NCBI GenBank assembly: GCA_023701205.1 | Contig: JAMPXJ010000012.1 | Span: 8,797-72,796, forward strand | DNA length: 64,000 nucleotides | Direction: 5' to 3' | Source: Oligoflexia bacterium | GTDB lineage: Bacteria; Bdellovibrionota; UBA1018 | Shown: piece after piece, positions 18,474 to 27,521 of the stretch | How positions within the stretch are numbered: the stretch's first letter is position 1 | Layout of the letters: the number at the start of each line of letters is the position of its first letter | Notes under the pieces: generated by a model | What the model was told of the DNA's origin: nothing | Seen by the model: only the letters and a program-made list of their open reading frames with translations | Database searches by the model: none | Program-made: the position numbers and the translations under genes

Positions 18474-20194
18474 GGCTGATCCCCTTTCCCCTGGTCTGGC
18501 ACGGTTCTTAAGGTGAGGCAATAGGTTGTTCCATTTCTTTGCGGCGTCTCCGAAAGGGGCTCGTAAAGGCTCAGCGAGCCGCCATGGGTCTCCACCAGGC
18601 GGCGGGTGAGGCGGAGGCCGAGGTGCCCCGGGGATTGGGCCGAGGAGCCGAAATTCAGGGTCATCTCCTCGTACTTCTCCTTCGAAAGGCCCGTGCCGTT
18701 GTCGCTAAGGAGCATCACGGCCCGGCTCGATTCCCGTTCGAGCAGCGAGATGCGGAGCTGCGGAGAGGGGATTCGGTTGGAGAGCAGATTCTGGATGCTG
18801 TTGCGGTACAGGTTATCCAGGATCTGGATCAGATCCACGCGTTGGATGCGGAAGCTCAGATCCCTCACGGCCGGATCGAGATCGATCGCCACCTGCAGGA
18901 ATTCCTTGGGCGCGAACTGCGCCTCGAGCAGTCGCAGCACGTGAACGTGCGCGTCGAAATAGGTGACGCCGACGGGATTCTCCTCAGGGTTTTTCAGGCG
19001 CGCGCGGAGGGAGGTCACCAGGTCCGCCGCCTTCTGTACGTTGGCCGAAAGATGGTTGAGATACGTCTTGCGTCGCTCGGGATCGACCTGGTCCGCGAGC
19101 TCGTTAACACAGAATCTCGCCACATGAAGCGGGCCGCTCAGATCGTGCGCGAGCCGTGCGGACATCTCGCCGAGCACCTGGTACCGGCTCTTTTCGGCCT
19201 CATGGCGGGCCAGGGAAGCGAGCTCCTGCTCGCTGATCCAGAGTCGGCGGATCAGGAGGTTGAAGCTGCGCTGTGGCCGCGCGACCAGCGGATAGGTATG
19301 GAGCGGGATCTGGCGCAGTCCCTTCTGATAATCGAGCTGGTCCATCTGGCGGAAGATCCCTTCGAAGCCCGAGACGATGTAGGAGCGGCCGAGCTGCCAG
19401 ATCCGGAGCAGGAGCGCGATCCCGGTGACGCCGATCAGGATCACGTCGATGGCGAGAGCCGAATGCATCCGCTGGCCGCCCGTCATGATCACCGTCATCT
19501 GGAGCGCCAGGGTGAAGCTGATGATGAGCGAAAGAAGCAGAAGCTCCGGATCGACCAGGGCGCGTTTCGGTGACGGCACCCGAACCCGGAGAAAAGCTTC
19601 CGAAAGATCGAAACGTTCGTGCAGCCGCGCCGTCAGCCCGGAGAGGAATCCGTGGCATTCCAGGAGCACCACTCCGTAAACGTAGGTGAAGACCATCAGG
19701 CCGATGGCGAGCTGGATCGCGGCGCGCGCGAGGGGCGAGGGCGGGAAGGTCCAGGTCAGGGTGATCAGCACGAATGCCGGAAAAGCCCGCGCGAAAGACG
19801 CGAGAAACATCAGGCGTCCCGCTTTGGCCGGAAGGGTCGCGAACGCTTCCAGGACCTGCGCCCGCTCCTCGTTCTTGAGTGCACCGAAGCTGTCCTCGCT
19901 CGCTCCGCGAAACGCCCGTCGCGTCTCCTCTGGATAGAGCATCAGGAAAATCCGCCCCAGGCTGAACCAAAGCAGCAGCCCCGCGGAGGCATCGAGGGCG
20001 ACGGCGGCCGCAAGCTGGGACAGGCTCGGCGAGAGCAGCACGTAAATCGTGCTGGCGAGAGCGAAATGGCCCAGGAGCATGCTGATGATGCTGAGCCGAC
20101 CGATCAGCCAGGGGAAAAGCGCCTGCGGCGCCGTCAAACGCGGCGAGGCAAGGCGGGAGGGCGATGATGTCGAGGCAGCTGGCAAGGGTCTCAT
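18470..20194 (-). CDS. Membrane sensor histidine kinase
   Basis: TM N-terminal half; H-box AHDLSGPL, N-box NLYRNS, DNGTG and LGL motifs. Confidence 0.9.
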   Translation of the reverse strand: MRPLPAASTSSPSRLASPRLTAPQALFPWLIGRLSIISMLLGHFALASTIYVLLSPSLSQLAAAVALDASAGLLLWFSLGRIFLMLYPEETRRAFRGASEDSFGALKNEERAQVLEAFATLPAKAGRLMFLASFARAFPAFVLITLTWTFPPSPLARAAIQLAIGLMVFTYVYGVVLLECHGFLSGLTARLHERFDLSEAFLRVRVPSPKRALVDPELLLLSLIISFTLALQMTVIMTGGQRMHSALAIDVILIGVTGIALLLRIWQLGRSYIVSGFEGIFRQMDQLDYQKGLRQIPLHTYPLVARPQRSFNLLIRRLWISEQELASLARHEAEKSRYQVLGEMSARLAHDLSGPLHVARFCVNELADQVDPERRKTYLNHLSANVQKAADLVTSLRARLKNPEENPVGVTYFDAHVHVLRLLEAQFAPKEFLQVAIDLDPAVRDLSFRIQRVDLIQILDNLYRNSIQNLLSNRIPSPQLRISLLERESSRAVMLLSDNGTGLSKEKYEEMTLNFGSSAQSPGHLGLRLTRRLVETHGGSLSLYEPLSETPQRNGTTYCLTLRTVPDQGKGDQP

Positions 20195-20272
20195 GGGGCG
20201 CGGTTTCTACGAAATAACACATCTCGCATACTGGCTCCAATCGCGTAAGTTAATGATCCTGGAGGGTGGATA

Positions 20273-20866
20273 TTATTTTTTCAGAATGCTTTCGATCTTC
20301 TGAAGCAGTTCCTGAGAGGTCCAGGGTTTCGTGATCAGCGGCACCTCCGGACCAAGGGAGGTGAGTTCGAGAACCTCGCGGGGACTGTGTCCGCTGATGA
20401 GCAGAAAGCGGGTCTTCGGGCTGAGCTGCTGCAGGATCAGATAGAACTCGTCTCCGCTCACTTTGGGCATGACGACATCGGAGATCACCAGGTCGATGGG
20501 TTCGGAGCGCTTCTGGAAGAGATCGATGGCTTGTTCGCCGTCCTCGGCGGTCAGGACGCGATAGCCGCGCGCCTGGAGCACGCGCGCGGTGGCCTCCCGG
20601 AATTCCGCGTCATCCTCGATCATGAGGAGGGTGAAGGGCTCGCCGCTGGATTCAAGGATCACCGCTTCGAGCGCCTCGCCGCGCAGAAGGAAGGGCGCGC
20701 GGCGGATCCGCAGCCGGGTTCTTGCCGGGAGGTCTTCGAGGCGCCTCCCCAGGATCGCGTCAGATGCGCCGGAATGGCCCAGCAACGCGAGGGCTCCTTC
20801 GGTGGCCGATAATACGATTCCTTCCCGAGTCAGTACAAGGAGCGGAACAGCTGCGTCAAAGGTCAT
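20273..20866 (-). CDS. Response regulator (degenerate PAS-like segment + receiver domain)
   Basis: MIEDD, ISDVVMP, ISG, TKPW; start placed at ATG 20866. Confidence 0.85.
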   Translation of the reverse strand: MTFDAAVPLLVLTREGIVLSATEGALALLGHSGASDAILGRRLEDLPARTRLRIRRAPFLLRGEALEAVILESSGEPFTLLMIEDDAEFREATARVLQARGYRVLTAEDGEQAIDLFQKRSEPIDLVISDVVMPKVSGDEFYLILQQLSPKTRFLLISGHSPREVLELTSLGPEVPLITKPWTSQELLQKIESILKK

Positions 20867-20948
20867 ATCGGAATCTTGAGGCGCGAAGCCGCGTTTCGTC
20901 CAGGTTAAAGTTGCGGTTTTGTCCAAGGCGCCCTATCGTGGTTGCGCT

Positions 20949-21740
20949 ATGGAAACTCCCGTTCTCCCTGTCCTGGCCTTCGTTTTGAGCGGCGCCGCTT
21001 TATCGGGCTGTGCCCCGGATGTCTCTCTGTCTGATGAGATGCGAGGGAGCGTGGCACGGCTTTCCTTGCATGATTCGGGGCAGGGGTCGCAGACGTATGC
21101 GTACTCGGAGCAGGCCGAAGGCTTCTACTCGGACGGTCGATTGACCGATCCGGACGTCTTCCCGTTAGAAGGGGAGGGCTTCCTCAAGATCTTCCGTCCG
21201 CGGGATCGCGGTTGGACCACGCGAGGGCTGCTGGAGGTGATCACGGGGGCGGCGGCGGAGATTTTTCGTGCTTATCCCGATGGGGAGCGCCTTCAGATCG
21301 GCGATGTATCCGCTCATGCGGGGGGGCCATTGCCGGAGCATGCCAGTCATCAGAACGGGCTTGATGTCGATTTGGCCTACTACCGCATGAACCGGCAGGA
21401 GCAGGCGCCGGAGCTGACCTCGGGCTTTGCCGAACAGTTCGTCGGAAAAGGCGGAAGGGTATCCCGGAATTTCGATCTGGAACGCAATCATGCATTGGTG
21501 CGCGCCCTGGTGGCGACGGGAAGGATCAACCGCATCTTCGTCGACGCGGCACTCAAGAAGGCTTTCTGCGAGTTTTCGCGGGCCGGCGGGAATCTGGAAC
21601 GCGACGAGGAGGCCTTGCGCCGGCTGCGCCCCTGGCCCAAGCACGGGGATCATCTTCATGTGCGGATCCTCTGCCCGCCGAACAGCGTGAAATGTCTGGC
21701 GCAGGACGAGCCGCCTCCGGGCGCGGGGTGTGAGCTCTGA
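20949..21740 (+). CDS. Penicillin-insensitive murein endopeptidase (MepA-like) lipoprotein
   Basis: Lipobox LSGC; HASHQNGLDVD and HGDHLHVRILCP motifs. Confidence 0.9.
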   Translation: METPVLPVLAFVLSGAALSGCAPDVSLSDEMRGSVARLSLHDSGQGSQTYAYSEQAEGFYSDGRLTDPDVFPLEGEGFLKIFRPRDRGWTTRGLLEVITGAAAEIFRAYPDGERLQIGDVSAHAGGPLPEHASHQNGLDVDLAYYRMNRQEQAPELTSGFAEQFVGKGGRVSRNFDLERNHALVRALVATGRINRIFVDAALKKAFCEFSRAGGNLERDEEALRRLRPWPKHGDHLHVRILCPPNSVKCLAQDEPPPGAGCEL

Positions 21741-22145
21741 TCAGCTGGAGGTCGGCTTCTCGCTGACGGTCTCGATCTCCTCGGCGGTCGCGACCTGAAG
21801 CGCCTGCGAAAGGTTGTCGCAGATTTCCTCCAGGCGGAGCACTCCGGCCTGGGCCATCTGGATTCTCAGGGCAGGGTGAATTCCGCTCATCCTGAGCCTG
21901 GCTTTACGTTCGTATACCGCTTTTTTGAGCCTTGCGATCGCGGGCCCGAACGACGGATCCATCGTCTCGGAAACGTCGCGGAAGTTCATGATGATGACCG
22001 AGGCCCCGGACCGGGCTACTTCCTGAAGGCATTCCTCAAAGGCGAGGGCGTTGTCTTTGACCAGAGGACCGATCAAAGTAACGATCAGAATGGAGCCTTT
22101 CTCGGAGAGAAAGAAGGTAAGCTTTTGAGGCATTTTCATGATCAT
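21741..22145 (-). CDS. STAS domain protein (anti-sigma antagonist-like)
   Basis: IIMNFRDVSETMDPS and LRMSGIHPALR patterns. Confidence 0.75.
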   Translation of the reverse strand: MIMKMPQKLTFFLSEKGSILIVTLIGPLVKDNALAFEECLQEVARSGASVIIMNFRDVSETMDPSFGPAIARLKKAVYERKARLRMSGIHPALRIQMAQAGVLRLEEICDNLSQALQVATAEEIETVSEKPTSS

Positions 22146-22218
22146 AAAAAAGTTACTCCGCTAACGTGCCGCATTAAATTAATTTTAAACGAAAACCGAT
22201 TTTAAAGTGTTAACTTAA

Positions 22219-22246
22219 TTTACTTTTTAATTCCAGCGGTTAAACT
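22219..22246 (+). promoter_or_regulatory. sigma70-like promoter for corA, probably leaderless
   Basis: TTTACT-N16-TAAACT, 6 nt before ATG 22253, within an AT-rich tract. Confidence 0.5.
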
Positions 22247-22252
22247 GATTCA

Positions 22253-23215
22253 ATGATCAAAACAGTCCTTGCGAAAGGTGCTGACGGGGTGGATGCGGGC
22301 AGGGTGGAATGGGTGGATGTGACCGCCCCGACTCCCGAGGAGCTCACCCGGATCGCGGCAGCCTATGGGCTGCATCCTTCGTCCGTACAGGACTGCCTCG
22401 ATCCGGCGCATCTTCCCAAATACGAGAGGATCGGGGAGATCGCCTTCATCATCGTCCGTGTGCATGACGACCAGGCTTTTTCGGAGGCGGATACGGTCCA
22501 GGAGCTGACCCGCAAGATCGCCGTTTTCATCGGCTCGGATTTTCTCCTCACCATCCACCGCAAGGATCATCCGCTGGTTGCCGACCTGCGGGAGAAATGG
22601 GGCGGAGTGCGGTCGTCCCGACCGGAGCACCTGCTCGACATTCTCGCGGACTTCTTCCGAAACGCGGTCTTCTCCTACGAAAAGCCCATCGAGCGCTGCC
22701 AGGAGCGCCTGGAGGACTTCGAGACCAAGATCTTTCGCTTCGAAAACGTCCATTCCTTCATCGAGGAGGGCTACTATCTGAAACGCAAAGCGTCCGTCTT
22801 CAAGAGGACGCTGCGTCAGACACTCGAGGTTTTTTCGCGGATTCCGGCCCTGCCCGGGCCGAACTCCCTTTCCCACGGCCCCCTCCTGCAGGATCTCAAG
22901 GAAAGCGCCGAACGGCTGCATATCGCCGCCGAGGATGTGCTGGAGAACGTCAACAGCCTGCTGAACCTCCATCTCGCGCTGGCTTCGCACAAGACCAACG
23001 AGGCTTCGCATCGGACCAACGAGGTGATGCGGGTGTTGACGCTGTTCTCGGTGTTCTTCATGCCGCTCAACTTCATCGCCAGCATCTATGGAATGAACTT
23101 CGAGCATATGCCCGAGCTCCGGCACGCGTATGCGTATCCGGGCGTGCTCCTGGGGATGCTCGCGGTCGCGCTCGGCATCTTCGTGTGGTTCCGGAATCGG
23201 GGCTGGCTGAAATGA
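22253..23215 (+). CDS. CorA family Mg2+/Co2+ transporter
   Basis: YGMNFEHMPEL signature; two C-terminal TM helices. Confidence 0.93.
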   Translation: MIKTVLAKGADGVDAGRVEWVDVTAPTPEELTRIAAAYGLHPSSVQDCLDPAHLPKYERIGEIAFIIVRVHDDQAFSEADTVQELTRKIAVFIGSDFLLTIHRKDHPLVADLREKWGGVRSSRPEHLLDILADFFRNAVFSYEKPIERCQERLEDFETKIFRFENVHSFIEEGYYLKRKASVFKRTLRQTLEVFSRIPALPGPNSLSHGPLLQDLKESAERLHIAAEDVLENVNSLLNLHLALASHKTNEASHRTNEVMRVLTLFSVFFMPLNFIASIYGMNFEHMPELRHAYAYPGVLLGMLAVALGIFVWFRNRGWLK

Positions 23216-23257
23216 TTTTGGCGTGACGCCCAATTCGGGGTCTGCTACTGGAATTTC

Positions 23258-24391
23258 ATGAGATTCACCATCCGTAGGGAGCCTTTGCTGGACGCGCTCG
23301 TTCGCGTTCAGTCCTCGGTCGAGCGAAAGAGCCCGGTAGCCGTCCTGGGCAGCCTTCTTTGCGAAGTCAGCGCCGAACGTCTTTCGGTTTTCGGTACCGA
23401 TCTGGAGATCGGGATGCGGACCCGCGTAGCGGTGGCCGATGCCCTGCCCGGGCGGGTCGCCCTCGGCGCGCGAAGCCTGCTGGAGATCGTGCGCGAGCTG
23501 CCGTCTCAGGCGGAGCTCCGGGTCTCGCGCAAGGAGAACGGTTGGGTGGAGATCGCCTCGGGACCGTATCGTTTCGATCTTCTCGGCATGGCCCCGCAGG
23601 AATACGCTCCCATCACGTACCTGCCCTCCTTCGAGGAGAAGTCGTATTTCCCGGTACGGCCCGCGGCGCTTTCCGAGATGATCGACAAGACGGTTTTCGC
23701 GCTTTCGACGGATACCGCGCTTTATCATCTCAATGGCGTGCTCCTTGAGGAATGCCCGGGCGGCGCGCGGATGGTGGCGACCGATACCTACCGACTCTCC
23801 TATGTGGGCAGCGAGCTTTTCTTGGAGAGTCCGCGGGAAAGCGGAAAGGCCGCGAGGCCCCTCGCGAACGTGATCATTCCCAAGAAAGGCCTGGTCGAGC
23901 TGCGCAAGCTCCTCGAAGGCGCCGGGTCGGCCGGGCTCGCGTTCGAGCGCGGGCAGCTTTATGCGCAGGTCGGTGACACCTATCTTTTCGTGCGCCTCAT
24001 CGAAGGCGAGTACATCGACTACCGCCGGATCGTTCCGACCGAGACCGAGCACACCGTGGTGCTCGATCGCGAACGCTTCGCGGCCGATCTGCGGCGGATC
24101 AGCCTGCTCGCGCCCGAGAAAACCCGGAGCATCCGATTGTCGCTCGGGCAGGGGAGGATGGAGATCGCCTGCAGCAATTCCGAGCTGGGCGAAGCACGGG
24201 GTCTGCTCGAGGTGGATTATTCGGGCGAGAAGCTGGAGATCGGCTTCAACGCACGCTACCTGCTCGAGTATCTGAATGCCTCGCGAAGCCCTGAGGTCGA
24301 GCTCAGCTTCAAGAGCCGCCTGAGCGCCGCGATCCTTCGGGATCGAGGACGGCAGGATCAGGCTTATGTCTTGATGCCGATGCGGATTTAG
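23258..24391 (+). CDS. dnaN: DNA polymerase III beta sliding clamp (orphan, probably a paralog)
   Basis: GTDLEIG, VATDTYRL, RLIEGEY, IGFNARYLLE, C-terminal YVLMPMRI; no dnaA/recF/gyrB nearby. Confidence 0.93.
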   Translation: MRFTIRREPLLDALVRVQSSVERKSPVAVLGSLLCEVSAERLSVFGTDLEIGMRTRVAVADALPGRVALGARSLLEIVRELPSQAELRVSRKENGWVEIASGPYRFDLLGMAPQEYAPITYLPSFEEKSYFPVRPAALSEMIDKTVFALSTDTALYHLNGVLLEECPGGARMVATDTYRLSYVGSELFLESPRESGKAARPLANVIIPKKGLVELRKLLEGAGSAGLAFERGQLYAQVGDTYLFVRLIEGEYIDYRRIVPTETEHTVVLDRERFAADLRRISLLAPEKTRSIRLSLGQGRMEIACSNSELGEARGLLEVDYSGEKLEIGFNARYLLEYLNASRSPEVELSFKSRLSAAILRDRGRQDQAYVLMPMRI

Positions 24392-24401
24392 TTCTCCGCG
24401 G

Positions 24402-24543
24402 GATGACACCCCGATGCTTAGCCCCACACCTCCCGCTCGCGTGGGGGGCCTTCCTGGCCCACACCCTACCCACGCTTCGCCATCCTGGCTTCGCGAGGGA
24501 TAACGCTCGGAGAGCGTGTGGGGCTAAGCATCGGGGTGTCATC
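24402..24543. mobile_element. 142-bp MITE/REPIN-like element with perfect 28-bp terminal inverted repeats
   Basis: GATGACACCCCGATGCTTAGCCCCACAC (24402-24429) and its exact reverse complement (24516-24543); no clear target-site duplication. Confidence 0.7.
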
Positions 24544-24715
24544 AGGCTTGAGTCGAAGTCATATGACCGGAAGGCTTCATCATTGACGTCAAGGTCTCTT
24601 GGTTAGGCTCTGTTCGGCGAATCACAGCTAGCCCAGGATCATCCCCAATTTGGGTATTCGCGATCCGGCGACTAAGGCGACTTGCCTTCGTTTTCGGCTG
24701 CATTAAACCAAAGGC

Positions 24716-25392
24716 ATGAAAAAGGCAGCCTGGTGGGTGATTTGGAATTTGGTTTGTGCAGATTTCATTTCTCGTCTAATGCCGAAGAACGTCTTTGGAT
24801 TTGCGTTGATCATGTGGATGCCGGCACTCTCGACCTTCGCTTTCCTTATGGCCGAGAAGGCGCCTGTCAAGGCCGGCATCAACTGGGGCATCGGCTCTGC
24901 CAAATCTTATTTTCTGGCGTTCTCCTATTGCGTGGCCGTGGCTCTCGTTTCGGTTACGGCAGGGTTAGGTACCGGACATCTGAAACTCGTTGATCAACAT
25001 AGCGTCGGTTACATGAGTGCAGTCTTGACGTTGATGGTCTGGGTTGCAGCATCTCTCGGTGAAGAAATCGGCTGGCGGGGGTACCTACATAATCATCTCT
25101 CTCATCTCCGACATGCTCCACTTATCATCGGTATCGTCTGGGGTGGCTGGCATTATCGTGGAATGATTGCGGCACAGCAGACAGCCATCGAGTTGATCGT
25201 ATTCACCATGATCACGGTTTTTGTGAGCTACTTTCTTTCTTGGCTTGTCAATAACGGCGGCTCGGTTTTGAGCTGTGCTTTCTGTCATGGAGTTTGGAAT
25301 TTTCTTCGGAAGGCGCGTTTGGACTCCTCGGTGTCATTCTCTTGTCCGTCCCAGTTCTCGTTCTTTGGTATTGCAAGCCCTCACGGAAGTAA
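24716..25392 (+). pseudogene. CPBP/Abi (CAAX-type) intramembrane metalloprotease, frameshifted near 25308
   Basis: EEIGWRG, WGGWH and HGVWN motifs; a final TM helix EGAFGLLGVILLSVPVLVLWY lies in the -1 frame (25309-25392). Confidence 0.7.
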
Positions 25393-25407
25393 GTTCGGAA
25401 AAGCCTC

Positions 25408-26343
25408 TTACAGGCGGAACAGGCGGCGCAGGCGCTGCAGATCGCCGGGGCTCAGGCCGTTGATGATGGGATTGATTTGCTCGCCCGGATTGAGCGCGCG
25501 GAAGGTGGGCTGGCCCTTGCGGCGGGCGAAGGCGTCGGGGGAGTAAAGCATCGCGGAGCGGAAGTCGAAAGGCGTGTCGCGTTGCGCCTCCATGAAAGCG
25601 TCGGGCACCTGCGCGAACTGGCCGTGGAATCGGTCTTCGATATTGTCCCAAAGGATCTCCACGTAACGGTCGCGATCGCGCCGGGACTGCTCGTGAACGA
25701 AACCCAGCGCATGCATGACCTCATGCACGATCTGCGACCACTGGCATTCGGCTGAAAGGCGGATCGGCTGCGCGCCGCCGATCCGACCCAGATAGGAGTA
25801 GCAATGCTCCTCGCCGGGCTCGAAGACGATCACGTCCGGCTGGCCCTGGTAAGCCACGAATGAGAGCGGCGTCTCCGAGCGGAAGTATTCGAGCGCCCGC
25901 TCGACGCGCTCGGGATTGGGAAGCGATGGATGAATGAGATAGGGAATCACCGGCTGATCCCAAAGCTGCGGAGGGGCCGCTTCGGTATGACCTTTCTTGA
26001 ATGGGATGTCCGAATCCGGCCTGCCAAGGATCAGATCGCCTTGCGCGATGGCGAGCCCATTCACTACCTCGAATTCGATGATGTTGCCCTGGGGCGCCGC
26101 CCGCTCGGCGGAGGAAGGCCGGTGACCCGAGGCGGGAAGATTGACGACTCTTCCGCGCGTAACGGGAACGGCGGCAGGACGGGAGGCGACCGCAGGAATC
26201 GAAGTCGCGGCGGAGGTGCCGGCATCCGGGACCGAGGGGGAAGTTCGATCAGCTTCGGAATCCACGAGGCGCTGGCCGAGCCCGAAGCCCCCGATCAGGA
26301 CGATTCCGATGGCGCCGGCTCCGAGGAGATGTTTTGCGTTCAC
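25408..26343 (-). CDS. Astacin (M12A) family zinc metallopeptidase
   Basis: HEVMHALGFVHEQSRRDRD, Met-turn SAMLY, CYSYLG; GTG start at 26343 inferred from promoter spacing. Confidence 0.92.
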   Translation of the reverse strand: MNAKHLLGAGAIGIVLIGGFGLGQRLVDSEADRTSPSVPDAGTSAATSIPAVASRPAAVPVTRGRVVNLPASGHRPSSAERAAPQGNIIEFEVVNGLAIAQGDLILGRPDSDIPFKKGHTEAAPPQLWDQPVIPYLIHPSLPNPERVERALEYFRSETPLSFVAYQGQPDVIVFEPGEEHCYSYLGRIGGAQPIRLSAECQWSQIVHEVMHALGFVHEQSRRDRDRYVEILWDNIEDRFHGQFAQVPDAFMEAQRDTPFDFRSAMLYSPDAFARRKGQPTFRALNPGEQINPIINGLSPGDLQRLRRLFRL

Positions 26344-26474
26344 CTGCCTAGAATGGCTCTGTCTCTCGGCGAGCGTCAAGCAAAGAGCGGCTGTGCGGGC
26401 GGCCTTGGCGCGGGTGCTTTCGCAGGGTTGCGCCCAAGTTGCGCGAAAGCGGGCAATCGTGCGAGGTTGTCTCC

Positions 26475-27521
26475 ATGGCCGTAGATCTCTTTTCGACCGT
26501 GCAACCGGGCTTCGAGGAGGCGCTCGAGCAGGATATCCGCCACCTTTTCGATGGCGGGGAGATCCTGGAGTCGCTGCCGGGCTGGCGTGTCTTTCGGCTG
26601 GAGGGGGGCTCGGAGCTGGAACGCTTTTACGGGCCGCCTTCGAGCTTCTCGCGATCCTGGGGGATCGCGCTCGGCCGAGGGAAGCCGCCCCTGGAACGGC
26701 TCACGGAGCCATTCGTGCTGCAGTGCTGGGCGCGCAGGGAGTTTCCCCCCGGAGCGAGGGAAAAGCGCGTGGTTCCGATCGAGGTGGAGCTTCGAAACGA
26801 AGCCCTGCGACGGGAGTTTCGGGACTCGGGGCTGCCCCTCCTCGAGGGCGCGCTCCCGGTGCAAGCGGGAACTCTCGTGCTCGACGCGATCCGGCTGCGC
26901 CCCGGGGATTGGGTCTGGGGGATTCATCTTCACGCTCCCATTCGAGTGCCGCATCCGGGGGGAGAGCTGCCCTGGCCCGCGCAGGAGGTTCCTTCGCGCG
27001 CGTACCTCAAATGCGAGGAGGCGATCCGGGTGACGGAGATGCCCCTCTCGCCCGGCGAAACGGTTCTTGAGCTGGGTTCGGCTCCGGGTGGGGCGCTGCT
27101 GGCCCTTCTGGAGCGAGGCTTGGATGTGATCGCGGTCGATCCCGCGGAGCTCGCTGGCCCGGTTGAGAGCTTCGCGCGCGCGAACGGCCGCAGGCTCACG
27201 CATCTCAGGAGGCGCGCCGAGGCTCTTCACATCGCCGACCTGCCCGCGCGCGTGGACTGGCTTTTTTCGGACATGAACGTCGCGCCCGAGGAGCTGCTGG
27301 TTTGGGTCGATCGCTGGCTGCCGGAGCTTCAGGCACGCGGGCTGCGCGCGGCGTTCCTGACCCTGAAGCTCACGGATCGCGCCTTCATTCAAGGATTGCG
27401 CGAGCTGGCCGCGCGCAAGCGCGCCTGCTGGGGCGCCTCGGGCGTGCTGCTCCGCCAGCTTTCCCAGAACCGCAAGGAGATCCTGTTGCACGCCGCCTTC
27501 GGTCCGAAGGGCGGAACCTGA
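26475..27521 (+). CDS. RlmM/FtsJ-like SAM-dependent RNA methyltransferase
   Basis: PSRAYLKCEEA, LELGSAPGG, AVDP, SDMN, TLKL. Confidence 0.82.
   Translation: MAVDLFSTVQPGFEEALEQDIRHLFDGGEILESLPGWRVFRLEGGSELERFYGPPSSFSRSWGIALGRGKPPLERLTEPFVLQCWARREFPPGAREKRVVPIEVELRNEALRREFRDSGLPLLEGALPVQAGTLVLDAIRLRPGDWVWGIHLHAPIRVPHPGGELPWPAQEVPSRAYLKCEEAIRVTEMPLSPGETVLELGSAPGGALLALLERGLDVIAVDPAELAGPVESFARANGRRLTHLRRRAEALHIADLPARVDWLFSDMNVAPEELLVWVDRWLPELQARGLRAAFLTLKLTDRAFIQGLRELAARKRACWGASGVLLRQLSQNRKEILLHAAFGPKGGT

Noticed and set aside
17766-22145. Kinase, response regulator and STAS cluster as an unusual signalling system
   Set aside because: The kinase and receiver motifs look ordinary; nothing distinctive could be supported from sequence alone.
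22146-22252. AT-rich tract near dnaN as a possible oriC
   Set aside because: No DnaA boxes (TTATCCACA-like) seen and no dnaA; better explained as a divergent promoter region.
22250-24427. 725-aa minus-strand ORF spanning corA and dnaN
   Set aside because: Antisense shadow of two well-supported genes that happen to share a frame; no recognisable domain.
24403-24606. Two short ORFs both starting MTPRCLAPH on opposite strands
   Set aside because: A by-product of the 28-bp inverted repeats, not genes.
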